Source: Halodesulfurarchaeum sp.
Lineage (GTDB): Archaea; Halobacteriota; Halobacteria; Halobacteriales; Halobacteriaceae
Assembly: GCA_042216015.1 (NCBI GenBank)
Contig: JBDGUI010000015.1
Coordinates: forward strand, 1-64,000
DNA: 64,000 nt
Direction: 5' to 3'
Shown here: positions 49,680-58,945 of the stretch, piece by piece
Layout: each line of letters opens with the position of its first letter
How positions within the stretch are numbered: position 1 is the first letter of the stretch
Notes under the pieces: model-generated
What the model saw: the letters and a program-made list of their open reading frames with translations, nothing else
Told to the model about the DNA's origin: nothing
The model's database searches: none
Program-made: the position numbers and the translations under genes

Positions 49680-49691
49680 TGTACATGTTCG
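49680..49691. promoter_or_regulatory. Degenerate palindrome TGTACATGTTCG upstream of the hyp genes
   Basis: Matches the ACATGTTCG core of the regulon sites; about 70 nt upstream of 49609. Confidence 0.4.
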
Positions 49692-49743
49692 GCAATCCGT
49701 TGTGTCGGGTCGATTCTGTCTCGGCCACGGCATCGAATGGGGC

Positions 49744-50271
49744 TCACGATGGGGATTCGGGCACTTCCTCCTGAATGTGTTCCACGAGGTGGGGAACAGT
49801 TCGTTCGATCGGTTCGCTCAGTTCCATCGACATCTCGATCCTGGCCGGCTCGACCCCGAGGATGAGGACCTCATCGGGGATGTCATAGGCGTTGCGGCCG
49901 GCCTCGAGCGCCTCGGCGAAGGAGAAGTCATGCATCGTCATCTCCGGTATCTCGCCGGCGAAGGCCCCGTCGACGAAGCGGTACTGGTGAATGGTTCCCG
50001 GGTCGGCGCCGGTCGCGATCGCGTCGATCACGATCGCCCGTTCGCAGCCGCTCATCGCCTCGAGGGCGAAGAAGGCTGTCGTGCCGGCGTTGGCGAAGAT
50101 GACGTCCTCGCGATCGCCGAGGACCGATTCCTCGAGCGTCTCGACGACTCGGGCACCGACGCCATCGTCGCCCATGATCTGGTTGCCGACGCCGACGATC
50201 GCCAGACCCGAGTCGTCCGCGTCCGACCGGGTGAGCGCCGACGTTCCCCCCGAATCGACGGATCCAACCAT
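49744..50271 (-). CDS. Hydrogenase maturation protease (HyaD/HycI family)
   Basis: GVGNQIMGDDGVG, IDAI..G..PGTI, MH. Confidence 0.92.
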   Translation of the reverse strand: MVGSVDSGGTSALTRSDADDSGLAIVGVGNQIMGDDGVGARVVETLEESVLGDREDVIFANAGTTAFFALEAMSGCERAIVIDAIATGADPGTIHQYRFVDGAFAGEIPEMTMHDFSFAEALEAGRNAYDIPDEVLILGVEPARIEMSMELSEPIERTVPHLVEHIQEEVPESPS

Positions 50272-50274
50272 GGG

Positions 50275-51300
50275 TCAGGGCTCGTCGTCTCCGGTCGTGC
50301 TCTCTCCGCCTTCCGAGTCGGAACGAGCCAGCTGCTCTTCGAGTTGGGGATCCGTTCCAAGGAGCCGGGCGACGCCGGCGAGCGGTCTCGAGAGGGCGTC
50401 TTTCGATCGGGAGATGCCCCTGGACGGTGGTTTCGTCTCTTCGTCGACCCGCCAGCCCAGCAGTTTCCCGTGGATCATCGTGTAGAGCAGATCGTGATTC
50501 GACGGCATGAGCGGGAAGTAGGCGTGCAGGAGAATCGAGGCCACGAACACCGCAGTCGAGATGAGGTGGAGCCGGAGCATCCCCTCGAACGTCAACCACC
50601 CCTCCATGAATCCGAGCGCCGAGAGCCACCAGGCCGGATCGGTCGCGAGTTGCTTCCAGAGGGCGAATCCCGAAAGCGTCAACACCCCGACACCGAGCCA
50701 GGTCGCATACCAGAAAGCGGTCTGAGTTGGATGGTGAGCCACCCACTCCCCCTTTTCCTCGTCGTAGGTCCGGCGCGCCTGCTTGTAGCCGGGAATGTAG
50801 CTCGCGAGACCGAGAAACGCGAGCGCAATGATGATCTGTTCTTTTACCTGCTTGACCGTGACAATGGGGGACTTCCCGTCCACGACGAACGAATAGAACG
50901 GGTACAGGAGGAAGGCAAAGACCACGAGCAGGCCCCCCGCCCACACGTGACTGAGAAAGGCCACGTGGTAGCCGCCGAAGATTCCGATCTTCAGTGGCCC
51001 GTAGGTACCGAGCCACTTCGTCAGCCCGGTGACCGTCGCGATCACCATGAGGAGGACCATGAGCCAGTGCGAGAGGATCGTCCCCCAGCTGTGGAAGTCG
51101 AGATACGTTCGATCCTCCTTGTTCAGGTACTCGAAGCGCTCGTGTTCGTCGGCGAGCGAGAGCCAGGTCCGCGCGAGCCAGCCGTCAGCCTCCCCCTCAC
51201 CACCGGTATCCGAGGCCACCCCGCCATCGGGACGGGCGGTCTCCTCGTTCGTGTCCAGGCCGCGTTCGCGGTCCGGACCGCGTGTTCCCGCCCCAGTCAT
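50275..51300 (-). CDS. Hydrogenase-associated cytochrome b subunit
   Basis: SHW..TG, SHVWAG, LHL..HAY heme-ligand His pattern; start MTGAG overlaps the large-subunit stop. Confidence 0.85.
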   Translation of the reverse strand: MTGAGTRGPDRERGLDTNEETARPDGGVASDTGGEGEADGWLARTWLSLADEHERFEYLNKEDRTYLDFHSWGTILSHWLMVLLMVIATVTGLTKWLGTYGPLKIGIFGGYHVAFLSHVWAGGLLVVFAFLLYPFYSFVVDGKSPIVTVKQVKEQIIIALAFLGLASYIPGYKQARRTYDEEKGEWVAHHPTQTAFWYATWLGVGVLTLSGFALWKQLATDPAWWLSALGFMEGWLTFEGMLRLHLISTAVFVASILLHAYFPLMPSNHDLLYTMIHGKLLGWRVDEETKPPSRGISRSKDALSRPLAGVARLLGTDPQLEEQLARSDSEGGESTTGDDEP

Positions 51301-52838
51301 CAGAGCCCTCCGGTGAGGTCCGGTTGGACCGGTTGAACCGAGGTTTCGAACTCCTCGTTCGGGCTTTGCAGGTGCACAGCACAGGCCAGACACGGATCCA
51401 TCGAGCGGATGGTTCGCAACACGTTGATCGGGTTGTCCATGTCCTCGACCACGTCGCCGACGACACCCTCCTCGAGGGGACTTGGTTGTCCTTCGGCATC
51501 ACGCGGCCCGAGGTTCCAGATCGTCGGCGTGATGATCTGGTAGCGCTCGATTTCGCCGTTCTTGACGTCCATGTAGTGCGAGAGGGTGCCGCGGGACGGT
51601 TCGAACAGCCCGACGCCCTTGCCGGTGAAGTCGTCGGTCCAGTCATCGGCCATGAACGACTTCGACGGGTCGATGGCGTCGAGCCAGGTGAGCACCTGAT
51701 CCCGGACGACCAGTGCCTCCTGGGCCCGGGCGATGAGCCGGTTGAGCGTGTTGCTCTTTGCTTTCCCCCCGCCGAGCGTCGCCCGCAGGTCGAAGGGGTC
51801 GAGATCCGAGATGACCATCCGGGCCAGGGGACCGACCTCCATCGATTCGCCCTCGAACCGGGGGGCCTTGCCCCACGAGTACGCCTTCTCCTTGTCCGGG
51901 GCCGGGTTCGGGGGTTGGGCCTCCGTCGGCGCGCCGGCGGATTCGTCCGTGAACCAGGTGTACTCGGTGTCCTCCGTGATGCCGGCGACCACCTCCTCCT
52001 TGGTCAGTTCCTCGACGGCCCCGTCGCGATAGACCCCGCGGGTGAGGAACAGGTCGCCGGACTCGGGCTGCTCGAAGATGCCGTTGCTGTAGAATCGGCC
52101 CGGCCCCTGACCGATGTCCGCGGCCCCGGCCTCGGCCGCGGCGACGAGAATCGAGACGATGTCGTGCAGTCCGGGACCCAGCGAGGGGTCGAACTCGCCG
52201 TTTTTCACGTTCTCGATGACCTGCGGGACGGCATCGGTCGGTCCGAGCCAGTTGCTCACTTCCCCGACGTACGATTTCACCGACTCGATCGTGGTCTGAT
52301 CGGGGCTGGTGGCCATTCCCCCCGGGACGTAGGATACCGGGTGCGGGGCACGCCCGCCGAATTCCGCGAGGGCCTTCATGACCTTTCGCTGGTTTTCCAT
52401 CGCCGCCATGTACCCGTCACCCTCTAGGGGATCGAGCCGTTCGAATCCGGTTCCGGCCACGGCGTCGCTATAATCGGGACCCGCGAGGGCGAACAGGTGA
52501 ACGGCGTGGTTCCAGAGGTAGAAGATCCCCTCGACGGCGTCACGGAGCAGGACCGCGTTCTTGGGCGGACCCCCGAAGTCCACGTCGTCGGATTTCATGG
52601 CCGCGTCCTCTGCTGCCTTCGAGGAACAGAGCCGGTGACAGAGGAAACAGACCCCACAGACCATCCCCGTGATCTGTGGCGCATCAGATGGAGGCCGGCC
52701 GAGCGTGACGATCTCGGCCCCCCGGAACATTTCCATGTGGCTTTTGGCCTCCGTGACCGTTCCGTCGGCGTCTACCTGCAGGGTGATCCCGTGATGGCCC
52801 TCGATTCGTGTCGTCGGATCGATTTCGATTTCTGGCAT
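51300..52838 (-). CDS. [NiFe] hydrogenase large subunit (group 1)
   Basis: IDPTTRIEGH, CGVC, RG.L.H, DPCLACAVH plus cleavable C-terminal extension. Confidence 0.95.
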   Translation of the reverse strand: MPEIEIDPTTRIEGHHGITLQVDADGTVTEAKSHMEMFRGAEIVTLGRPPSDAPQITGMVCGVCFLCHRLCSSKAAEDAAMKSDDVDFGGPPKNAVLLRDAVEGIFYLWNHAVHLFALAGPDYSDAVAGTGFERLDPLEGDGYMAAMENQRKVMKALAEFGGRAPHPVSYVPGGMATSPDQTTIESVKSYVGEVSNWLGPTDAVPQVIENVKNGEFDPSLGPGLHDIVSILVAAAEAGAADIGQGPGRFYSNGIFEQPESGDLFLTRGVYRDGAVEELTKEEVVAGITEDTEYTWFTDESAGAPTEAQPPNPAPDKEKAYSWGKAPRFEGESMEVGPLARMVISDLDPFDLRATLGGGKAKSNTLNRLIARAQEALVVRDQVLTWLDAIDPSKSFMADDWTDDFTGKGVGLFEPSRGTLSHYMDVKNGEIERYQIITPTIWNLGPRDAEGQPSPLEEGVVGDVVEDMDNPINVLRTIRSMDPCLACAVHLQSPNEEFETSVQPVQPDLTGGL

Positions 52839-52860
52839 GGTCTTCTATGAATTCCCGTGA

Positions 52861-53958
52861 TCAGTCGCTTTTCCCCTCGGCTCGCTCCGTCTCTTCGGCC
52901 GCTTCGAAGTTGCCGTATCCCATCGCCCGGCGCCCGAGATGCGCGCCGATTCCGGCGGCTCCGGCGATGACGGCGGCGCCTCCCACGTCGGTGGCGTCGA
53001 CCTCGCCGAGAATCGCGCTTCCCTCCATTTCCTGCTGGAAGGGGGTGAACCGGTCCCAGAAACCGGGCTCCATACACCCGATGCAGGGGGCACCGACGTT
53101 GAGACAGACGGTGGTCCCGTCGTTCCAGAGTCGTTGCTGGTCATCACAGTAGGTGTAGGGCCCCTTGCAGCCGGTTTTCAGGAGACAGCCCTCACCACCC
53201 GGTTTCTCGGCGAACTCCCCGCGGTCGAACTGGCCCCGATGGATGCAATTGTCGTGGACCAGCGGTTCGTAGAAGGGTTTCGGTCGGTTGTATTCGTCGA
53301 GTTCGGGGATGTGACCGTTCAGGACGGTCGCGAGGGTCAACAGAACGTACTCGGGGTTGGGTGGACAGCCGCTCAGGTTGACGACCGGGAGCCCGGCACC
53401 GCCGGTGAAATCCTCCCCGAGAAGGCCACCGATCTCCCGCTTCTCGAACTGCAACCCCTTCGCCCCGGTGACATTCTCGCCGAGGCCGTAGAGACGCTTT
53501 TTGTTCTCCGCGGCCGGCCACCCGCCGAACGAGGCACAGTTGCCGACGCTGACGACGATATCCGCCTTCGGGGCGAGGTCGGTGACCCAATCCTCGGCCG
53601 ACTTGCCTCCGATCATGGCTGCCTCCGGAATATCCGTCGGAATCGCCCCCTCGACGACGAGGATGTCTGGGTCCTTGCTCATCGACTCGATCGCCGACTC
53701 GCCCGCCTTGGCCATGATCGTCGGATGGAAGGTGACCTCGAGCCGAAAGGCGTTCAGGGCGTCCTCCAGGGTCGGGTACTGGGCCTGCAGGGTCGAAATC
53801 GTACAGCCCGTACAGGATTGCCCCTGGAACCAGACGACCTCCTTTGTCCCATCGGTCGCCTGCTCGAGGGCCCGAGCGATATCTGTCGAGTACTGGGTGA
53901 TGACTCCCCCGGCAGCGGTGGTGCCCGCGAGGCGGAGGAAGTTACGACGGGTTGTCAT
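52861..53958 (-). CDS. [NiFe] hydrogenase small subunit, Tat-exported with C-terminal anchor
   Basis: TRRNFL, CTGC, GNCAS.GG, GCPP, HDNC, CLLK.GC, CIGC. Confidence 0.95.
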   Translation of the reverse strand: MTTRRNFLRLAGTTAAGGVITQYSTDIARALEQATDGTKEVVWFQGQSCTGCTISTLQAQYPTLEDALNAFRLEVTFHPTIMAKAGESAIESMSKDPDILVVEGAIPTDIPEAAMIGGKSAEDWVTDLAPKADIVVSVGNCASFGGWPAAENKKRLYGLGENVTGAKGLQFEKREIGGLLGEDFTGGAGLPVVNLSGCPPNPEYVLLTLATVLNGHIPELDEYNRPKPFYEPLVHDNCIHRGQFDRGEFAEKPGGEGCLLKTGCKGPYTYCDDQQRLWNDGTTVCLNVGAPCIGCMEPGFWDRFTPFQQEMEGSAILGEVDATDVGGAAVIAGAAGIGAHLGRRAMGYGNFEAAEETERAEGKSD

Positions 53959-54288
53959 AGTTACAGGGTCACATGTATCAAAACCATCGGTAGTTCATTA
54001 AAAGCGGACTTTCGTTCTCAGCTGTTGCGAACACCCACACATCTGTCGTTCGGTTGCCCATATCAATACTCCAAGAGACGGGCGTAAGGAAGCTATCGTC
54101 CGGAGAAGACAGGTGATACGAACAATCAATAGTGTGTTATATTGTAATTTTCATACAACACATTTGGCCTGAGCCGGAGCTGGATTTTTGGTACCCACAT
54201 AACCTACCGTCAAGATACCAGGTGCCCAATAGACGGTAATTCGGGTTGTCTGACGGGAGATGCAGGGAAGAGCCAGAACGTCATGGTC

Positions 54289-54978
54289 TCAACAGCGACG
54301 GTTCCCGATGATCCCCTCGAAGTTTTCGAAAACCCGTGTCGCGACGCTGGCCTCCTCGTACCTCGATTCGGTGATTCCCGAGAGGACTTCCTCGATGCGC
54401 TCCTCGGCAAGATCCTTTCGCTCGGTGACCTCGATCGCCGTCTCCATGTCGTATTCCGGGTGGAATTGCACCCCATAAGTGAGTCCCAGGCGAAACGCCT
54501 GATTGCCGACCTCGTTTTCGGCGAGTGACTCGGCACCGTCGGGCAGTTCGTACACGCGATCCGAGTGAGTCTCGAAGGCCACGAATTCCTCCGGAATTCC
54601 CTGGAGAAGACGGCTCTCTCGAATTCGTTCGATCGTCTTGTAGCCGAGCTCGTACCGGTCCATCGCCACGATCCGCCCGCCGAGTGCCTGGGCGAGGAAC
54701 TGATGACCCCAACAGATCCCGAGAGTCGGGATGCCGCCGGCGTGGACCCGCCGGGACCAGGACGTGAGCTCGTGAATCCACTCCCGGTCCTCGTACACCG
54801 AGCACTGTGAGCCGCTGATGAGCACCCCGTCAAACGTCCATTCCTCGGCCGTGGGCGGTGGCGGAATGTCCCCCTCGCTGACTTTGAACGTGGTCGTTTC
54901 AGCGGTCGTCATCCGCTCCAGATTCTCCCTGGCTGGCGTTTCACCGATGGACGCGTCGATGATCGCGATGTGGATCAC
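54289..54978 (-). CDS. Type 1 glutamine amidotransferase (GuaA-like)
   Basis: ISGS, LGICWGHQ, GVQFHPE; start uncertain (GTG 54978). Confidence 0.88.
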   Translation of the reverse strand: MIHIAIIDASIGETPARENLERMTTAETTTFKVSEGDIPPPPTAEEWTFDGVLISGSQCSVYEDREWIHELTSWSRRVHAGGIPTLGICWGHQFLAQALGGRIVAMDRYELGYKTIERIRESRLLQGIPEEFVAFETHSDRVYELPDGAESLAENEVGNQAFRLGLTYGVQFHPEYDMETAIEVTERKDLAEERIEEVLSGITESRYEEASVATRVFENFEGIIGNRRC

Positions 54979-55096
54979 GCGAAAGTCTATGCGACCGACC
55001 CGTATTATATTGTGGATTGGTCCCACAGCCGTCCGATATCGTGCTCCGTCGGGCCGCTCCGAGATGTTTAACCGACCGGGTCACGAACGGGGCCCC

Positions 55097-55543
55097 ATGT
55101 CGTTGACACTCGTCGGTACCCGTCTCGCCACCCCCGGTACGGAGTTCGTGTACCGGGGTGAGGCTGCCGGGTGTGACGGGTGTCCGTACCGCAAGCAGTG
55201 TCTCAATCTCGAGGAGGGAACCCGCTATCGGATCACCGAAGTGCGGGATGGCGGCGAAGTCCTGGACTGTGCAGTCCACGACGATGGCGTGCTGGCGGTG
55301 GACGTGGAGACGGCACAGGTCACGGCAAACGTCCCCTCGAAGGGGGCCTATGCCGGCAGTCGGGTGACCCTCGCCGGTCCCTGTCCACACACCGAGTGCC
55401 CGAGTCACGACCTCTGTGAACCGCTCGGTGCCGACATGGACGCCGAGTATCGAATCGTCGAGGTCGAGGGGGAGCCACCCCACGAGACGTGTCAGTTGAA
55501 CCGCGCGCTCACGAAGGCCACGCTCGCACCGACGAATCGCTAA
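55097..55543 (+). CDS. UPF0179 family archaeal Cys-rich protein
   Basis: TLVGTRLA..G.EF.Y.G....C.GCPY..QCLNL..G, C.VHD, C.H.EC. Confidence 0.8.
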   Translation: MSLTLVGTRLATPGTEFVYRGEAAGCDGCPYRKQCLNLEEGTRYRITEVRDGGEVLDCAVHDDGVLAVDVETAQVTANVPSKGAYAGSRVTLAGPCPHTECPSHDLCEPLGADMDAEYRIVEVEGEPPHETCQLNRALTKATLAPTNR

Positions 55544-55602
55544 GCTGACCGGCGGTTTCCGAATCGTGGTCGTGTCGGTCCGCTGATAAGTGTCAGGGGT
55601 TC

Positions 55603-56391
55603 TCAGACTGGGGACACCGACCCCTGTCTCTCGCCCCGGTACCCGAAAATGTCCCGGTAGCCGTAGGCCGAGAGGAGCACCGGCCAGAAGGAGCGATCCG
55701 CGTGGATCGGTCGTCCGTCCGCGGCCGCAAACACGTCGCCCTCCTCGACGTGGGAGAAGTTGGCCACATACACCTCGTAACTCCCCGCTTCGGGTTTCTG
55801 AATCGGCGATCCGAGCTCGAAAAGCGGGTGTTCGACTGGATCGAGTTCACCCGGAAGCGCCCCCGTCGCGATCAGGAACTCCCGTGCCAGTCGCTTCGCG
55901 TTCTCGGTCGCCGCCTCGCTCCCCTGGTAGCCCGCCTCGATCTCGATCGCCGTGGCGGTCGTATCGAAGATCCGACCGTCCTCCGGCGGTCCGGCGTCGA
56001 CGACGGCCTCGACCGAGAGGCGGGAGACGATCGGCTCGACCCCCGCAGTCACCCCCGAAACGATCGCGAAGGGGTCCGCGCTCGACTGCGTCGAGTGAAT
56101 CGAAAGGACCGTCTTGCCTCGGATCTGGCGTTCGAGGGTCCCCGCGAGAGTGGCCTCGTGGGCGCTCCCCACGGCCACGTAATCGAACGATCGGTTGAGA
56201 TCGGCGTCGATGTACCGGACCTCCCGCTCGAGGGCCTCCTCGTTTGCCACGATTAGCTTGACCGGGCGTGAAACCGTCGGTCGTTCCTCGAGGAGCCACT
56301 CGACGGCCCGCTCGCCGCAGGGTTCATCGCCATGGACGCCCCCGACGATCACGAGTTCCGGATCGCCGGACCCGAGCTGTGCGACTCGCAT
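55603..56391 (-). CDS. Succinylglutamate desuccinylase/aspartoacylase family protein
   Basis: GGVHGDEP.G, R....DLNRSF, SIHST, IEAG. Confidence 0.88.
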   Translation of the reverse strand: MRVAQLGSGDPELVIVGGVHGDEPCGERAVEWLLEERPTVSRPVKLIVANEEALEREVRYIDADLNRSFDYVAVGSAHEATLAGTLERQIRGKTVLSIHSTQSSADPFAIVSGVTAGVEPIVSRLSVEAVVDAGPPEDGRIFDTTATAIEIEAGYQGSEAATENAKRLAREFLIATGALPGELDPVEHPLFELGSPIQKPEAGSYEVYVANFSHVEEGDVFAAADGRPIHADRSFWPVLLSAYGYRDIFGYRGERQGSVSPV

Positions 56392-56566
56392 CACTTCCCC
56401 GTCAGAGAGAGGCGAGTAAAAAGGGCGTGACTTCGTTGCCCATGCGATCCCTCGATCGACGGCCCCTGCCACACAAAAGTCGATGATTGGAGCCTCACGA
56501 AGGTCGACGGCCCCGGTTTCGCGACCCGCGATGGCCCCGACTCCCCAACGGCCGAATACCGAAGCC

Positions 56567-57055
56567 TCACGAAAGCGCAGCCGCGTATTCGAGATCCACA
56601 TCCCTCGCGGTCGGATAGGCCCCGTCGAGGGCAATCTCGAGAGATTCGACCCTGGACGGTTTGTGCCGGATGGCCGTGATGTCGCCTCGAAGCGTCTCGA
56701 CGTCGACCCCATAGAATCGAGCGGGAATCCCGACCAGATAGCCGTGGGCCGAATCCAGAAGCTTCCGGAGGCCGGCTTCGTTCCCGAAGTCGACGTACTT
56801 GTACATCCCCGCGGCCACCTGGGTCATTCCCTGGAGGAAGGACTTCTCCATGGTCCCGTTGCCGTAGTTGAACCACTCGTCCTCGAAGCAGTCGTGGGCC
56901 GCGTGATACTCGCCAGCGTTCACGAGACGGACCCCGTGGATCGTGGCCCGCCGGAGGGTGTCGTGTTCCCATCGAACCTCCCCGGGCAGCCACCCCGGCG
57001 GGTTCCGGCCCGACGGCGGTGGCTCGACCGACGGATCACGGGTGTGCTCGTCCAT
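56567..57055 (-). CDS. DUF309 domain protein
   Basis: N.GEYH.AHD.FED.W, FLQG..Q.A.G. Confidence 0.85.
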   Translation of the reverse strand: MDEHTRDPSVEPPPSGRNPPGWLPGEVRWEHDTLRRATIHGVRLVNAGEYHAAHDCFEDEWFNYGNGTMEKSFLQGMTQVAAGMYKYVDFGNEAGLRKLLDSAHGYLVGIPARFYGVDVETLRGDITAIRHKPSRVESLEIALDGAYPTARDVDLEYAAALS

Positions 57056-57197
57056 GCAGCCAGAAAGGCAACAGATATCGGTGTACCCTCGGAAGGGCGA
57101 TGGTTTCGCCGGTAATCGATGCCCAAGTGGCGGACCCCACCATCCTCGCCGGCCTTCGCAACGCTAAAGCGAGTCGGTTCCCAACCGCAATTCGCGT

Positions 57198-57281
57198 GCG
57201 AGGGTAGCCAAGCTCGGAAACGGCGGCGGACTCAAGATCCGCTCCTGTAGAGGTCCAAGGGTTCAAATCCCTTCCCTCGCA
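57198..57281 (+). tRNA. tRNA-Leu (CAA)
   Basis: GCGAGGG/CCCTCGC acceptor stem, GCGGA-CTCAAGA-TCCGC anticodon arm, long variable arm, GGTTCAAATCC. Confidence 0.95.
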
Positions 57282-57485
57282 CTGCAAAGTGCAGAAGACC
57301 CGGAGCGGTCTTCCCTCGCAAACCTTCTCGGGAAACAAAATCGGACAACGACTATTGACGATCATATCTATTTCCCTTCCCTCGTGCTCGCGAGCACCCC
57401 GAGCGAGCGCCTGGAAGACGAACGGAGTGAGTCTTCCAACGGCACTGCAAAGTGCAGAAGACCCGGAGCGGTCTTCCCTCGCAAA
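57279..57485. repeat. 44-bp direct repeat (57279-57322 and 57442-57485), each ending in the tRNA 3' sequence CTTCCCTCGCA
   Basis: GCACTGCAAAGTGCAGAAGACCCGGAGCGGTCTTCCCTCGCAAA identical twice. Confidence 0.9.
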
Positions 57486-57925
57486 ACGGGGTCGGGCGGT
57501 GAGACCTCGACGGCGAACGGGGCAGGACGACCCGACCCGCCCCTTTTTCCATGGCTGCTTCGCAGTCTCCACTCGCGGCGGCTAAGCCGCCGTTCGGGGT
57601 TCGTGGGGTCTTCGATCACATTCTGTCGAAAGACTAAAGAGAGGCCACAAGCAGAGGTGCCCATCAGGTGGAGTGCCGACAGGACTGGTTCACGACCGTT
57701 CCTGTCGCGGCAGGGGTTCGAATCCATTCCCCGGTTCTCACGAGCGAATCGAGAGCGTGGAGTATGCAAGCGTGGAGGGAATGAAAGTGCGGGGCCAAGT
57801 GGGGTCGTGGATGTGAACCCAGATTCTCACGGATCGGTCCCCCACCATCCCGGGAAGATTGATCCGGGTCGCGCCCGTACGTCGATTGGCCACAGTCGCG
57901 GATCCACAGCCCCCGCGAGATCTGT

Positions 57926-58945
57926 ATGACTGGCCAAGACACCCACGCCCGAGACCGATCCGATCGGCTCGACGCACCGCGTCGCGAGTTGCTCCGACGG
58001 ATCGGGATCGGCGCCATCGCCGGGGGTTTCGCCCGGGTGTTCTACGAGTATACGGGATTCGGTCACCTCACGGCCACGAATCTCAGACGACAGGACCTCG
58101 AGCCCCTTCTACGGGACCGGCTCGAACCGTCCCCGTTCTCCGTCCCGGTCGCCGATGGGCGATTCTGGTTCACCGGCGAGGAGTGGAACAGCGCGGCGGC
58201 GGAAAACGGAGCCGAGCGGGGATCCGTGGCCGGATCGACGCGGCAAACTGACGGGCATCACGACCACCTGACGGACCGATTCAGCAGGGATCTACGGGCA
58301 CTCAGGAGCGGCGATTTCACCGTCCCCGTGCTGTCACTGTCCGATTTTCTCGATCGAGGTGGGGAGGGACGTACCCGACCGCTCGCCGTCGCCGCGCTTC
58401 GGGGAGAGGGGTTCCAATCCCCGGATCCGGAAATGATTCGACGGTTCACTGGAGTGGATCCGGCCGACATCCGGGCGGTGATCGATGGACTCGGGTCGGG
58501 ATTTAGGGCCCACACTCATTTCGATGCCAGGCGGTACCTTGCCGCGGCAATCGAGCGGTACCTCCTGCTCGAGACGATCCCGGTGGCCGATCCGTCCCGC
58601 GACCCGACGGATTTCGAAGCGATCCTCACGGGATCGACGGGCCTGTACTGTTACGAATACGCGCTGCGATCCATCGAAGCGTTTCACGCAATCGAGCCCA
58701 CCAGACAGTCGATCCCGGTCTTCGGGGGAATCGTCATCGACGACCGCCACAATCACGCGTACACGGCACTCGGGACCGTGCTCCGGGAAGCGGGCGGACT
58801 TCGGCTCCCGTTCACCTTCGTCGATTACTTCTATACGGCCCTCTTCGACTCGCTCCGGGCGGGGTGGCTGGTGGGAGAGGAGATCGGCGCGTACGACCGA
58901 TTCCACCGGGCCACCCGTGTGCACTATGACAACGTTTACGGGTGA
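57926..58945 (+). CDS. Putative Tat-exported protein with possible Cys-His-Asp triad
   Basis: PRRELLRR + hydrophobic segment; GLYCYEYA..HNHAY..FVDY. Confidence 0.6.
   Translation: MTGQDTHARDRSDRLDAPRRELLRRIGIGAIAGGFARVFYEYTGFGHLTATNLRRQDLEPLLRDRLEPSPFSVPVADGRFWFTGEEWNSAAAENGAERGSVAGSTRQTDGHHDHLTDRFSRDLRALRSGDFTVPVLSLSDFLDRGGEGRTRPLAVAALRGEGFQSPDPEMIRRFTGVDPADIRAVIDGLGSGFRAHTHFDARRYLAAAIERYLLLETIPVADPSRDPTDFEAILTGSTGLYCYEYALRSIEAFHAIEPTRQSIPVFGGIVIDDRHNHAYTALGTVLREAGGLRLPFTFVDYFYTALFDSLRAGWLVGEEIGAYDRFHRATRVHYDNVYG

Noticed and set aside
51370..51400. Selenocysteine-containing [NiFeSe] hydrogenase
   Set aside because: L2 motif is DPCLAC with ordinary Cys codons and no in-frame TGA
54091..54102. 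AAGCTATCGTCC shared with the uORF repeat at 39472
   Set aside because: A single 12-mer match is plausible by chance and has no supporting context
1..57281. Whole tRNA-Glu to tRNA-Leu interval as one genomic island
   Set aside because: No integrase or transposase seen, the two tRNAs differ, and housekeeping-type genes (UPF0179, DUF309, CoA-binding) are included
57279..57485. 44-bp repeat as a mini CRISPR array
   Set aside because: Only two copies, a 119-bp gap, no cas genes, and the repeat contains tRNA 3' sequence
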